Assembly (NCBI GenBank): GCA_964016885.1
Contig: OZ024741.1
Location: 140,430,001 to 140,494,000 of the forward strand
Source of the DNA: Eledone cirrhosa
Taxonomy: Eukaryota
Length of the DNA: 64,000 nucleotides
Direction: 5' to 3'
Part shown: positions 24,901 to 37,466 of the stretch, piece after piece
How positions within the stretch are numbered: position 1 is the stretch's first letter
Layout of the letters: every line of letters begins with the position of its first letter
The notes under the pieces: generated by a model
Told to the model about the DNA's origin: nothing
The model's input: only the letters and a program-made list of their open reading frames with translations
Databases searched by the model: none
Translations under genes and position numbers: made by a program

Positions 24901-25487
24901 AATTCATCTACCACTAAGTTTAGGATATCAACCAAATCTTGTCCTAGCCCGGCAGCATTCATCTCCTCATTGGCCGTATCTCTGTTCCAGGTATTATTTA
25001 TTTCAGCATTCAGATCATTGTCTGCTTCGGATGGTTCCTCCGTTCTCTCGACCTCTTTACCTTCATTTCCCACTGGCTCGTTTGCCTGGCATACTCCACT
25101 CTCTATTTCCAAGCTAATCTCTCTGCTCAGTTCCTCCAGTTCCAGCTCGCTTATCTACCCATTAGTTCTTATTACCCGAGCCTGCCCGGCCAATTTTTGT
25201 TCATCTAATTTAAATAGACCAATCTGGTTCCAGATGTTATGCATCCGTTTCCTATAGCCTTTCTCATTGGGGTTACTTTTCAGGTAACATTGCATAACAG
25301 TTCTATTCAATTCTTTCGTCCACTTGGTTCTGGTCCCTTTCCTTCTTCTTCTTCCTCCGACACCAGCAGTATTTGGTTGACAGCCAGGTCCCTGCTGCTG
25401 AGCCAGGGAGCACCTGTTGGGTGAGAGTCTGTCACATGACATTCTAGTCTCCATTTCAACGTTATTCGAACTGTTTAGGTTCGACAT
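21996..25487 (-). mobile_element. R4/Dong-like family 1, copy G: complete single ORF (N-terminal domain, RT, CCHC, REL), frameshifted
   Basis: N-terminus RTKWTKELNRTVMQCY..GYRKRMHNIW..EQKLAGQARVI; [38 protein letters not shown]; REL NRPD..DVACPFD; stop at 22071, then 3' UTR and (TAA)n tail. Confidence 0.92.
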
Positions 25488-26945
25488 TTAAACACTCTTA
25501 TCGAGGATTGGCGAATGTATGGTTACATAACCACCGGTGATTTCATCACCCCCGGTGATTTCGTCACTCCCGGTGATTTTTTTGTGGCATTATCACGCTG
25601 TCGACGAACATAAATAAACAAACAAACAAACAAACAGGCAAAAAAACCCCCAAAAATGAATAAGCATAAGTTTCATTGTAATGTAATGTTTGAATGTCTG
25701 TCTTAGTTTTTCCCTTCCCTTCTCTGTCCGTCTGTTCGTTTTTCTCTTCATTTTTCTTTTCTTTACGTTTTTCGTTGTTGCTGTGCTGCTTTGATTATGA
25801 TTTTTGGCTTTTTGATTTTGACCAGGTCATCAATTCAGTCTATTTATATATTTTGATGCCTTCCTCTTTTAGTGGGACACTACGATGTAGCAGGGGCTAG
25901 TCGGAGAGAATAGCGGCGGCAGTGATAATGAGGCAGTGGCGGTGGTGGTGGTGGCGGTGCTGTGCTAGTAGTACCTAGCAGGAGGCAGTGGGAGAGAATA
26001 GCGGCGGCAGCGATAATGAGGCAGTTGCGGTGGTGATGTGATCGTAGTAATGTAGCGATGGTGTTGAAGTTGGAGTAGAAATAGCGGCCGATGCAACTTG
26101 ACCTGAGTTTTTAGCGTGGTAGTGGCGGCGGTGCTGGTGGTGAAATTATCTTTAGCTATTTAGCTATTTAGTCATTTTGCCATTTTTCTCCTTTTCGACT
26201 CTAACATTCCTGATCCAAAATTAAATATTAATATTGTTTATTAACATTGTCTAGTGATACCGCCACCTTCCCCTTTGGTAAGCTAACAGAAGGTAATGGG
26301 GGAATGGTGGTGGCAGCAATGAAGGAGTGGCGGCGGCGGCGATGGAATAGTGGTAGCAATGATGGATGGGTGGTGGGGGCGGTGACTGTAGTGATGGCAC
26401 TGTCGTTACTGAGTTTTGTTGAATAGACTGTATTTTTGTTTGATCGGTGAATCTATGTGGTTAGACGCGTATATGTGTTGACATATTACCTTAATATTGG
26501 ATTAAACATTTTGTGAAAACTTGAGACGATAATAATAGTAATTATAATTATTATACTGGGATTGGCGGTGGTGGTGGTGAAATTGCCGTTATCTGGCTGT
26601 TGTATTTAGTGTACACAGAGGAGTGATAGGGTAGGTGGTGTATCTAGTTTGTGGTGTTGGTGAAATTGCTGTTATTTGACTGTTCTATATAGTGTAGACT
26701 GAGGGGGTTTTCTTCCATTTATAACCATTTTCTTTTTTGAATGTAAAATGTATATTACAAAATTGAATATTTGAGCGATATAACAATATATTATGGATCC
26801 GAATTTTCCTGAGACTTGAGTCTGGTGCTTATGCATCATTTGTACTAAGAATTGTTATTTCACAATTGATTTAAATATGTTAAAAATCAAAAACTTTCGG
26901 GAACGATTTCATGACCTTCTTTCCACCATGTGCGTCTTCTTCCCT
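25488..26945 (-). other. Putative 5' UTR of copy G (or separate unclassified element) with internal repeats
   Basis: Lies between the ORF ATG and the next (TAA)n tract; three CCGGTGATTT repeats at ~25533-25580 and a ~45-bp direct repeat at ~25903 and ~25991. Confidence 0.45.
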
Positions 26946-26946
26946 A

Positions 26947-26997
<51 letters not shown>

Positions 26998-29900
26998 GGC
27001 GACCTACGTAGTAAATCGTATCAAAGGTTTGTTATTTCCGTTTGTTAAAAATTGCCATTTATGGAAAATTTTATTGTAAACTGTTTATAAGAACACATAC
27101 ATTGTTTTCCGAAAAGGACACCCAAAAAGATTGGGGCCTTGTGCCCAAAATTTTAACTTTTATTATTATCAAAACATTTCTTTGAAAAAAAAATAGCTAA
27201 TTCACCTCTGCACGAAGCAGCTGAAAGCCTTCCTCACAAAATAACACCTCAAACCGACACCACCATTGTAAATGTTACTACGTTTGCCAACACAAAAAAA
27301 AATATAAGCAGTAGCAATATTTTAAATTTGTCTCAGGCAGACATTCATTTCCCGCCATTACCAATGACTGCAGGTGTTAAAGCCTCCACCACCACCACCA
27401 CCGCGACAACCACCACCCCAACCACCACCGCGACAACAGAAACAAAAGAAGAAAAAAATAAATTAACTTGTGATGTCGAAATGAAATCAAGCAAAATGGA
27501 CTCTTCCCCACCAAAGACGACTGACGTCACCACCACCACAACTGAAACTAAAATTAATATTAACACAAATAACGATAGCAACAACAACAACAATGACATT
27601 ATAAAACCGACCCTCAGTTTCGCCAGAGTAGCAAAACAATTCGAAGCATTTACGGTAACTCAGGAGGATTTAGAAAATGCCAAACAAATGGTAAAGAAAG
27701 ATGGGTACAGGGTCAGCCCCCCCCACACACCTCATAAAATGGAGCATCGGTGCCTATGCACCGTGTCGTATAGAACAATAAATGTAAAATGGCGCCGAGT
27801 GGAACGGGCATCCGAGTCCCAAATCCAAAAGGCTTTGGGACATGTGTGGGCAAGAAAAACCCACATCAGACGTGGGCAAAAGTATGGAACCGTGGACGTG
27901 TTCTTTGAAACACCAGAGGAGGCTAGAGAACACTCCATGGCCCCATTAAGAAGTGACGACTTCACACTCGTCCCACGCTATTGTGGCCAGAGACTCGTAA
28001 AGATCAGGGTGACCCACGTTCTACCGGCCATCGAAATTCCCTGGCTAATAGCGGCCGTCCTCGCCGGCATCGAAGCCAACACGAAAATAATAGCAATAGC
28101 AAAAGAAAAGCAGGAGAACTGGTCCGGATCTGGGATGGAGTCCTGATCCAAGCGGACCAAAAAAGCATTGAGGAGATCCCAGAGGTAATAGACCTCACTG
28201 ACGGCAGCCACCTCACGGTAATTGTCGAGGGCAGAAGACCTAGGTGTGTCGTTTGTGGTGAAGGAACCCACCTAAGGGCTTTCTGCCCTCAGGCTAAAAG
28301 GTTGAGGCCACCTCTCCTACCCACCCCAGTGACACAGCCATCAACACCACCAGTAGCAGAGATGGCAGCAACAACTGTAGCAGCAACAACAGAAGCAACT
28401 ATAACAGCAACAACCCCAGCAACAGTAGCAAAACCAACACCACCACCACCACCAGCAAAACCAACACCACCACCACCCAACGCTTCAGAACTAGCACCAG
28501 CGCCTACACCATCCACCACGCCACAACCAAAACTAACGGCTGTGGAGGATTTTCCACTCCCCGGCCTAAACTGGAGACAGATTGTGACGACGAGGAGTGG
28601 GAAACGATATCCGGGAAAAAAAAAAGAAACCAAAAAAGAAAAAATTCTCTTCCTTCCCTGTCCAAAAACAAAATACAGAGGGAAACAAATAAATTAAGAA
28701 ACAAAAAAGTTAGGACAGATATGCCACCATCCACACCAGCATCAGCAACCCCATCAACCCAAACACCAACACCATCACCATCATTAACCCCAACACCACC
28801 ATCACCTACACCACAAAAGTCACCAAAATGCGAAACAAACAAACCCACAACAAACGCAAACAAAACAAAACAACCAAAACGATACACACTACACAGCATT
28901 AAATTTGAACAACAAGCAATTATTACACTACATCCAACACAACACAAGCATCACAGAAAAATACTACACAACAACCCCCAAATTCACACCACCTCCACAC
29001 ATACAAATCACTCGCATCACACAGAAAACGTACATGACACTAAAACAAAAATTTCCCAAAGACATCGGAGACTTCCGACAAGCACTCTCCAGGAGGATTT
29101 ATAAGGACATCCTTCCTGAGGAGGCCACAAGCAGTGAAAAGGATGGGAAAACCGTCCTTCCCCTACGAGAAGTAAGGTAAGTGGTCTTTCCCATCTTTTC
29201 CACTCCTTTTCAACATGACCTCACTCAGAATAGGCAGCATAAATGCGCGTGGCTTGGGGTCGTCATGGAAGCAGGGCCACCTGCTCAACGACCTCAGGTC
29301 ACTAAACATAGATGTAGTGGCCATCAGCGAGACCAGAATCTCCGAAGCACAGGCTTTCGCACCGATCTTCGGCGGCTACGATGTGTACGCATCTCCCAGC
29401 CGTCCGGGATCGGGGGTGGAGTTGCTGTGCTTTTTCGGAGAGGCTTAGATTTTGCCATACGGGCCATCTTCCTGGACCCAGAAGGTAAGTCGGTGGTGCT
29501 GGACGTGACCAGCGGAGACGGGCAAGCTTTCAGGTTAGTGGCCGTCTATGCCCCGACAGGAGCAGGGCGGCCTGATTTCTTCCGGCGTCTGGAGACCTTT
29601 CTTGGAACGTCCCGCTCTTTAGTGTTAGTGGGCGACTGGAACGGGATCTTAGATGCACGCTGGGATTGTGTGGGATTAGTGGATAGGGAAGGAGGGTGCA
29701 AGAGTCTCACCAACCTGCTCAGACGTTTTGAACTGTCTGACAGGTACCGAATGGATTTCCCGAATGTACCAATGTGGACTTGGACAAATCGCATAGGGTC
29801 ATCCAGATCATATCTAGATAGAGTATTTTGTAGGGAAATAGATAGGTCTAGCATAGGCTGTCCACAATTCAAGATAGTCAGCTACACGGATCACAAATTC

Positions 29901-32874
29901 GTGATCTGTGTGCTTGACTTAGATAGGCTTCATAGACGAGGACCCGGTTACTGGAAGCTAAACGCGTCCTTACCAGCGCGCAAGGCCTACAGAGACCGGA
30001 TTAGCGAACTAGTTAAGCGGTCGTTGACGGGGGCCATCGTCAACAACAAGTGGTGGTTTGCTCTGAAAAGAGCAATTAGAATAGAGTCCATTAGGTTTAG
30101 TAAGACTTTAGCAACAGAGAAAAATAGAGCAGAGGGAGAATTAGTTAGAAAATTAGATGAGGCGCTTAGCCAAGGCATCGCGACCGACGTACTTGCGGCG
30201 AAATTGGCCCTTGACCAATTCGTCAATGCAAAGCACGAAGGCTGCGTTGTCAGAGCTAGGGTGCGTGCTCTCAGACACGAGGGGACGAAAGCCGTTCAAT
30301 GGGCCCGAGTGACGGAGGCGCGTCGTGGCAACAAAGCCACGATCCGGTCTTTGGTGGACCACGACGGGCGCATGCTACTCGATCCCGGGCAAATGTGTGA
30401 AGCTTTTCAGCGACACTTTGCTCAACTGTTCGGGGGCAGTGGCGGGCCGGATCGAGGGAAGGACTTTAGTGTCTACCTCGACGGACTGCTGCGGCTTTCG
30501 GCCACTGAGGCGGAGTGTTGCGAAAAGCCGATAACAACCGCTGAAGTACGGGAGGCAATGAGTAGTTGCACAAGGGGAAAATCGCCTGGTTTGGATGGTC
30601 TGCCCTATGAACTTTACGTACAAATGCCAAACTTGTTCGCAGGACTCTTGGTGGACGTCTACTGCAACTGGCAACAGAACGGGAGAATTCCCAGCTCTGT
30701 GAGCTGAGGAGCGGTGGCGCTGCTGAGAAAGGATCTGAACAAGGGGGATAACATAGATAATTTTAGGCCCATAACTGCTAAACACAGAGTTCAAGGTTTT
30801 GCCCAAGGTGCTAGCAAACAGGTTGGCGCTTGTCGTTGGTGGTCTGGTGGGAGAGGCACAGACATGCGCCATTCCCGACAGATCCATCCACGACAACCTC
30901 CACCTCATGCGATACACCGTAGAGAGGGTAGCTAGGGAACCTGGCACGGGTGGGTCTTTGATCAATTTAGATCAGTCGAAAGCATTCGAAAGGGTCGACC
31001 ATCGTTACCTGGCGGCAGTCCTGAGGGCGGCTGGCTTTGGGCCCGTCTTCAGAGGCTGGATCGCTGCCATGCACAGCGACATCTGCTCTGTAGTGAGAGT
31101 GAACGGTCACCTTTCGGAACCGTTCAACATCATGCGCTCGGTCCGCCAAGGATGTCCCCTCTCGTCCCTATTGTACGTATTGACTCTCGAGGCATTACTG
31201 CACAAACTGGAGACGTTGAGGGGGGTCCCGCGCGAACTAGGATGCGGAAGATCCGTGTCAGCATATGCGGACGATGTCACCGTAGTGGTGTCGAACGCCA
31301 AACACATCGAGGCGATCGGCACTACACTAAGAGAATACGAAGCGGGGACAGGAGCAATGATCAACCAGGAAAAGTCAGTGGGCCTGCAGCTCGGCACCTG
31401 GAGAGGCAGGTCCATGCCGTCCAACAGCGTCGTCGGGCGCTGGACGGACAGACCGGTTAAATTGCTAGGGGTCTGGTTCGGTCCAGACCTCCAGACGGAC
31501 AAAAACTGGGACGAGGTGACGAGCAGGGTGGCTTCTCTCACCCAGAAATGGGCCGAGAGAAAGCTATCCCTGAAAGGTCGAGTGGAGGTGGCTAACGCGT
31601 ACATCGCGTCCGTCAACTACTACAGCCTGACCGTCGTACCTTGTCCTTAGCCCCGACTGACTGCGCTGGAGCGTTTGCTCTTTCCCTTCTTGTGGAAGGG
31701 ACGCGCTCCGATGGTCAGGCGGTCCATCTGCTGTCAACACCCGCTACGTGGAGGGCTGGGCATGTCGTGGCTGATGATGCGCAGACACGCGCTCAGGCTA
31801 CGACATCTCCACCTCTTCCTCGACGGTGATCAGGTGTGGTCGCCGTTTGCTAGACACATTTTCCCCCAGCTCGTCTCCTTGACGGAGCTGCAGTCCTGGG
31901 TCAAGCGAAGACCGAGAGGGAGCGCTTGGAGACCGGAATGTCTTCAGGCGTTCACAGCCCTCGACCATTCGGGCAATGTGATCGGTGGAAACTCCACCTT
32001 GGCGTTCTATTGGGGATTAGTGGAGGGGAAGAGCGCCGACTTACTTGGAGAAACTCTAGGCGTCGACGAAAATCAACTAGCCAATCTCTTCGGAGGACTT
32101 TCGGGCCGGGGCCTATGGACAACTTCCAGAAATCCCTGGCCTGGCAGTGCTACCGGGGTGCTTTGCCAGTTCGGGATAAACTTTACAGGCATGGAGGTGC
32201 CGTCAGCCGGGCATGTCCGAGATGCGCACAGGACGACGAAACCGTCCTGCACGCACTCGTCCAGTGTCCGAGCATTGCTGACTTGTGGGTTTATGTCGAA
32301 GACCTGCTGTCACGTGTAGGACGGATCCAGCTATCAGCTGAGTTCATCGTGAGGATTGCCCCGCCCTCTTCCTTTAGCCGGGAAGGGCAGGCAGTTTTTA
32401 TCTGTCTGGTGGCCATGACGAAAGAGATAGTATGGTGGACACGTTTGAAAGGGCTGAAGACGAGCACTTACCTCTTCGGTGATGACCTGATTAACTTTTT
32501 CAAATTTCATCTGAAAAGGAAAATCAGGGTAGAGAGGGAAGTGCTCTCTTCCCAGCATTTTGTTGAAAGATGGGTGAGAGAAGCAAGTATGGCCCGAATG
32601 AATGGGCCTTCTCTGAGTATGTGTCTGTAAATGAAAGGTGGAAAACTGGGAGAGGGCACTTGCCCTGGTGGTCAGGGCCACTGTGGTCTTTTAATGGGCT
32701 TTTCCCACAAATGTCCCCCGGAAGTCTCCCCCCTATTGGGGAATTTTTCTTTGTTATTTTATTTCATCCTCTGTTTTTTTTTACACGCAGAAATGCCCAT
32801 TTGTACCGTCCTGTATTGTCCTGTACTGTCCTTAATGTCTACTTTATGTAAACCCTTGTGGTTAATAAAGAAAA

Positions 32875-32876
<2 letters not shown>
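26998..32876 (+). mobile_element. Tx1/L1-clade family a, copy H, full length
   Basis: Same termini as copy D; ORF1 ~27193-29180 (RCVVCGEGTHLRAFC); ORF2 29215-32630 with APE, GKSPGLDGLP, LDQSKAFERVDH, VRQGCPLS, AYADDV and CPRC motifs; few frameshifts or stops. Confidence 0.93.
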
Positions 32877-32910
<34 letters not shown>

Positions 32911-33862
32911 AGCTGCATTTATCTTGCTTTATGTTCATACGAGTTATCATCAAGTCACAACCAGTGACCTCAAGAGACAACAAGGTCCGCCATGTTCAAC
33001 ATACACACTCACACATGAATCTTTAGGTGTTTAGACTTGTGATGTACTTATATTGACAGAATCTTCATTAGTATATGGGCAGTTCCCATTAGTACTATCT
33101 TTTGTATTTCTCCTATACGCGGGTTTCCTGGGATTTGCTGTAAGTAATCATTAGACCCCTTAGGTATCATTCCTAGAGCGCCTACAGCCACTGGTATTGT
33201 CTTAGTTCTCAATCTCCACATTTTTCCAATTTCTATCTCCAGGTCCTTATACTTGCTCATTTTTTCAAATGTTTTTATAGATACATTCTTGTCTATTGGA
33301 ACAGACATATCAATTAGCAGGCATACCCTCTTTTTAAAGTCCTTCAATATTATATCAGGTCTATTTGCATCTATTTTTCGGTCTGTTTGGATGCTAAAGT
33401 TCCACAAGATTGAGATGTGATCTTTTTCAAGTATGGGAGGTGGTTGATGCTCCCACCAATTCTTTTGATGGGGCAGGTCAAAGTGCTTACACATTATCCA
33501 ATGTATGTATAGTGTAGCTCTGTCATGCCTGTTTAGGTATTCGGTTGGAGCTATAGGACTGCACATTGAAATTATATGGTCAATGGTCTCTGGTTGTTTT
33601 TTACATACACAGCATACTGGGCTGCATCCATTTTTTTATTACGTTGGGGCTTGTTGGAAGACACTGATCTTGTGCTGATATAATCAGTCCTTCAGTCTCC
33701 GATTTCAGTCCAGAGCATGCCACCACTGATGGGTTAAAGTTTTGTCAACATCAGGATTGTTAGCTCGTTCTGGGTATTTTCCATACAGAGGCTTTTCTTG
33801 CCATTTCTTAGCCAGTTTCTGTAGCAGTTCTTTCTTTGCAGTTACTTTTACCTGCTTTGCTT
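32911..33862 (-). mobile_element. R4/Dong-like family 2, copy I, 3' fragment
   Basis: ORF 33048-33566 YLNRHD..NRPDII..LIDMSVP; near-identical to 7418-8072; (TTA)n flanks. Confidence 0.9.
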
Positions 33863-33888
33863 TTTATTATTATTATTATTATTATTAC

Positions 33889-34292
33889 AGTTGCATTTAT
33901 CTTGCTTTATGTTCATATGAGTTATCACCAAGTCACAATCAGTGACCTCAAGAGACAACAAGGTCCGGCGTGTTCAAAAAAGAACATACATACTCACACA
34001 TGCATCTTTAGTGTTTAGACTTGTGATGTACTTATATTGATAGAATCTTCCTTAGTATATGGGCAGTTCCCATTAGTACTATCTTTTGTATTTCTCCTAT
34101 ACGCGGGTTTCCTTGGATTTGCGATAAGTAATCATTAGACCCCTTAGGTATTATTCCCAGAGTGCCTACAACCTACTGGTATTGTTTTAGTTCTCAATTT
34201 CCATATTTTTCCAATTTCTATCTCCAGGTCCTTATACTTGCTCAATGTTTCAAATGTTTTTATAGATACATTCTTGTCTATTGGAACGGACA
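33889..34292 (-). mobile_element. R4/Dong-like family 2, copy J, short 3' fragment
   Basis: Same 3' UTR (TGCATTTATCTTGCTTTATG...) and REL C-terminus as copies B and I; (TTA)n flanks. Confidence 0.88.
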
Positions 34293-34363
<71 letters not shown>

Positions 34364-34444
34364 ATTTATATACGCACAGACATCTGTTCAATCGCCAAGC
34401 AAAATTTGATTGTCGTCTGCTTTGTTTGAAATTTCTTTATATAT

Positions 34445-35959
34445 AATAGCAGAAAATCCACCCTCGGGTGGTTATCTGCTACCATGTATAGTATGATTAT
34501 TGATATTATACGCAGGTATATATACATGTAGATATGATACATCAAATAAAATCCTGATTGATAATATATAATACATGGAAATTGAACTGAGACTGCGTTA
34601 CACTGTCTTAATTAATCAGTAAAGTAATCCATGATACATTAAAAAAGACGATATTATATATAAACTGAATTAGGAGAAAATTAGTGACAGAAAATTAGTA
34701 TGTTTATTTAAGCGATGGCCAACCGGAAGTGTTGACATTTCAGAAATGTGATTATAGTTTAGATGAGTTTAAAAAAAAAGAGTCAATAAATAAAAAAAGA
34801 CTTAATAAATAAATAAAACGTTATGCTTGTTTTAGCCTCCCATTTCCAATTAAACCGAACGCTATCATGACTTTATGTGTGTTTGTGTAAATGTATATGT
34901 ATGAATGTATGTATGTTTGTGTAAATGTATATGTGAATGTATATTTGTGTGAAAGTATGTGTGAATGTATGTATGTTTGTGTGAAAGTATGTGTGAATGT
35001 ATGTATGTTTGTGTGAAAGTATGTGTGAATGTATGTATGTTTGTGTGAAAGTATACCCTCCCATTTCCAATTAAACCGAACGCTATCATGACTGTATGTG
35101 TGTGTTTGTGTAAATGTATATGTGTGAATGTATGTATGTTTGTGTGAAAGTATATGTGTGAATGTATGTATATTTGTGTGAAAGTATGTATGTTTGTGTA
35201 AAAGTATGTGTGAAGGTATGTATATGTGTGTGAAAGTATGTGTATTTGTGTGAATTATGTCCGCGAGAGTGTATTTTTATAAGTTGGTGTTTGCACGATT
35301 ACAGTTATATACTCATAATAGTTATATACTCATACATATAGATGTATGTATGTGCACAATCATACGCGTCAGGTGTAGCAAATCATAATCTCTCTATCTC
35401 TCTCATCACAAACTCTCTTTTTCTATATATATGGTGGTGGTGGCGACGATATACCGGAAGTGTAACTTTGAAAAGAAGTCAATTTGAAATTATTTATTTT
35501 TTACGAAATTATTTTTCTTTACGAAATAGAGTACATAAATTATGCAATGTTCATTCATTATTTATTCAAAGTAATCCAACTTATTTTACAAACGGGATAA
35601 AAAAAAATAAACCGTACGCAATACCGCAGACCTTCCTTTATTAAAGTTCAGATTTCTAATAAGTTGTTGCCGATTTGTGGGAGGAGGACGGGGTGTAGTG
35701 CGTGTGTGTGTGTGGGGGGGGGGGGGGGGGTTAACATACAGTAGTGGTATCTCCTCTTCACCCTCTCTCACTAAAGCGTCTTCTCTTTCCTCATCCATTT
35801 TAAAATAGTCCCCAGGGATTCCATTATTTTACTAAAATCCAATAGGCCTGTCCTGTTTCTGAATATTAGCGAAGAATGTGTGTAAAATTTCATCAGGATC
35901 GTATCACTGGTGTAAGCGCCAACTGGTTATACACAGACAGACAGAAATTGCCATTTACA

Positions 35960-35960
<1 letters not shown>
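34445..35960 (+). mobile_element. Possible non-autonomous Helitron/Helentron-like element with internal minisatellite
   Basis: Small palindrome CCACCCTCGGGTGG near the left end; ~30-bp TGTGTGAAAGTATG.. tandem and a 221-bp-period duplication (34836/35057) inside; AAATTTCATCAGGATCG..CACAGACAGACAGA end before (TA)n. Classification is by resemblance only. Confidence 0.4.
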
Positions 35961-36039
<79 letters not shown>

Positions 36040-36056
36040 ACCTCCAAGCGAGGAAA

Positions 36057-36137
36057 GCCTTCTGACGATGATCTCTTTCTCAATGAAAATCCACTTGGAT
36101 TGTCTATTTATTTGGGATCTGAAACCGCCGTAAAGGC
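36057..36137 (+). ncRNA. Type I hammerhead ribozyme with extended stem II
   Basis: GCCTT-CTGACGA-T-GATCTC..(insert)..GGGATC-T-GAAA-C(CGCC)G-TA-AAGGC. Confidence 0.75.
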
Positions 36138-36522
36138 ACATGTAGTAAGTACAGTGAATCTTTTGGAATTTAATTATTTATTATTATTTTGTAAGATATT
36201 TTCTGTGTTTACACACCCTTGATTTTTTATGTTCTGGCTTGTTAATTTATGAACTTGCTATTGAACCACACGGACTATACGTGTATCCCTGTATGTATTA
36301 ATTACATATAGGCTACATACTTTTATTATTATTCTCCCCAATGGTAGAGACACCTTCGGTCTTTCGTATAGCTGCTATTTTTAGTAGCATTAGATTGACC
36401 TATCCAACGTGCTTTCGTCTTTGCACGCGTTCCTAACCATAACTGATGCATTCTGAAGCAGTTTGATATGGCGCCAGTTTGTAATTTGAACTCGGGAATA
36501 TTATATTCTCTGAGAGAGAAAA

Positions 36523-36602
36523 GCCTTCTGACGATGATCTCTTTCTCAATGGAAATCCACTTGGATGTCTATTTATTTGGGATATGAAACCGCGGTAAAG
36601 GC
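36523..36602 (+). ncRNA. Type I hammerhead ribozyme with extended stem II, palindromic stem III
   Basis: GCCTT-CTGACGA-T-GATCTC..GGGATA-T-GAAA-CCGCGG-TA-AAGGC; ACCGCGGT is a palindrome. Confidence 0.78.
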
Positions 36603-36686
36603 ACATATAGTAAGTACAGAGAATATTTTGGAATTTAAATATTTATTATTATTTTTAAAGATATTTTCTGTGTTTACACTCCCTTG

Positions 36687-36739
<53 letters not shown>

Positions 36740-36994
36740 TGTTATAGAAACACGTGTCAATAAATTCCTTTTAACTAAACTGTATCCATTTAAATCCTTC
36801 TATATATATATATATATATACATAAAAGAAAATTTCGCTCTACATGGCTGAATACAATAAATGTAATCTGAGTTTTTCGAATATTAATAATAACATTCGA
36901 TTCGTTTGCAATTTTGCAAACAAGTCTCAAATTGTATAGCCATGTTAGTAGAATGAACACTTGATTCTTGCTCTTGTCTTGACATGCGAACAGA

Positions 36995-37040
36995 ACTGCA
37001 GACACTAATGTTTCTGCATATCACCCTTCATCAGTACAGC
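36995..37040 (-). ncRNA. Minimal hammerhead ribozyme motif, stem II degenerate
   Basis: Minus strand CTGTA-CTGATGA-AGGGTGATATGCA-GAAA-CA(TTAG)TG-TC-TGCAG. Confidence 0.6.
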
Positions 37041-37244
37041 TCACTGTTCACCTGCCAAACGGTCAGAGCTACTAAAAATATACGCTGTTTTCAAAAATAC
37101 ACAGTGACGGATCGGCCTGATTTGCATATCAGCAGACCGGCTGATCAGTGAGATCTGTATATTAGCCGATCCACTGATGAGCCAGGTTTTCATATCAGCA
37201 CACTGGCCAGTCAGTTTCCTGACAGTTTGGCAGGTGAACAGTGA

Positions 37245-37289
37245 GCTGTACTGATGAAGGGTGATAGCCAGAAAATTAGTGTCTGCAGT
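37245..37289 (+). ncRNA. Minimal hammerhead ribozyme motif, degenerate
   Basis: CTGTA-CTGATGA-AGGGTGATAGCCA-GAAA-ATTAGTG-TC-TGCAG; lacks the C after GAAA seen in the other arm. Confidence 0.55.
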
Positions 37290-37416
37290 TCTGTTAGCAT
37301 GTCAACATAAGAGCAATAATGAAGTGTTCATTCTACTGACATGGCTATAAAATTGAGGCTTGTTTGCAAAATAGCGAACGAATCGAATGTTATTATTAAT
37401 ATTCGAAAACTCAGAT

Positions 37417-37466
<50 letters not shown>

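Larger units (their letters stand above)
36050..36690 (+). mobile_element. Non-coding retrozyme-like element: two ~170-bp direct repeats each with a hammerhead, 466-bp period
   Basis: 36054-36224 matches 36520-36689; (TA)n on both sides; no meaningful ORF. Confidence 0.75.
36861..37421. repeat. ~205-bp inverted repeat (pLTR-like), one hammerhead per arm
   Basis: 36861-37066 is an imperfect reverse complement of 37219-37421; ~150-bp spacer with internal repeats. Confidence 0.88.

Noticed and set aside
9505-32681. Many antisense ORFs overlapping the LINE copies
   Set aside because: Expected shadows of coding or low-complexity sequence; their recurrence reflects copy similarity.
34836-35260. 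Regularly spaced repeats as a CRISPR-like array
   Set aside because: Low-complexity minisatellite with no unique spacers and no cas genes; eukaryotic context.
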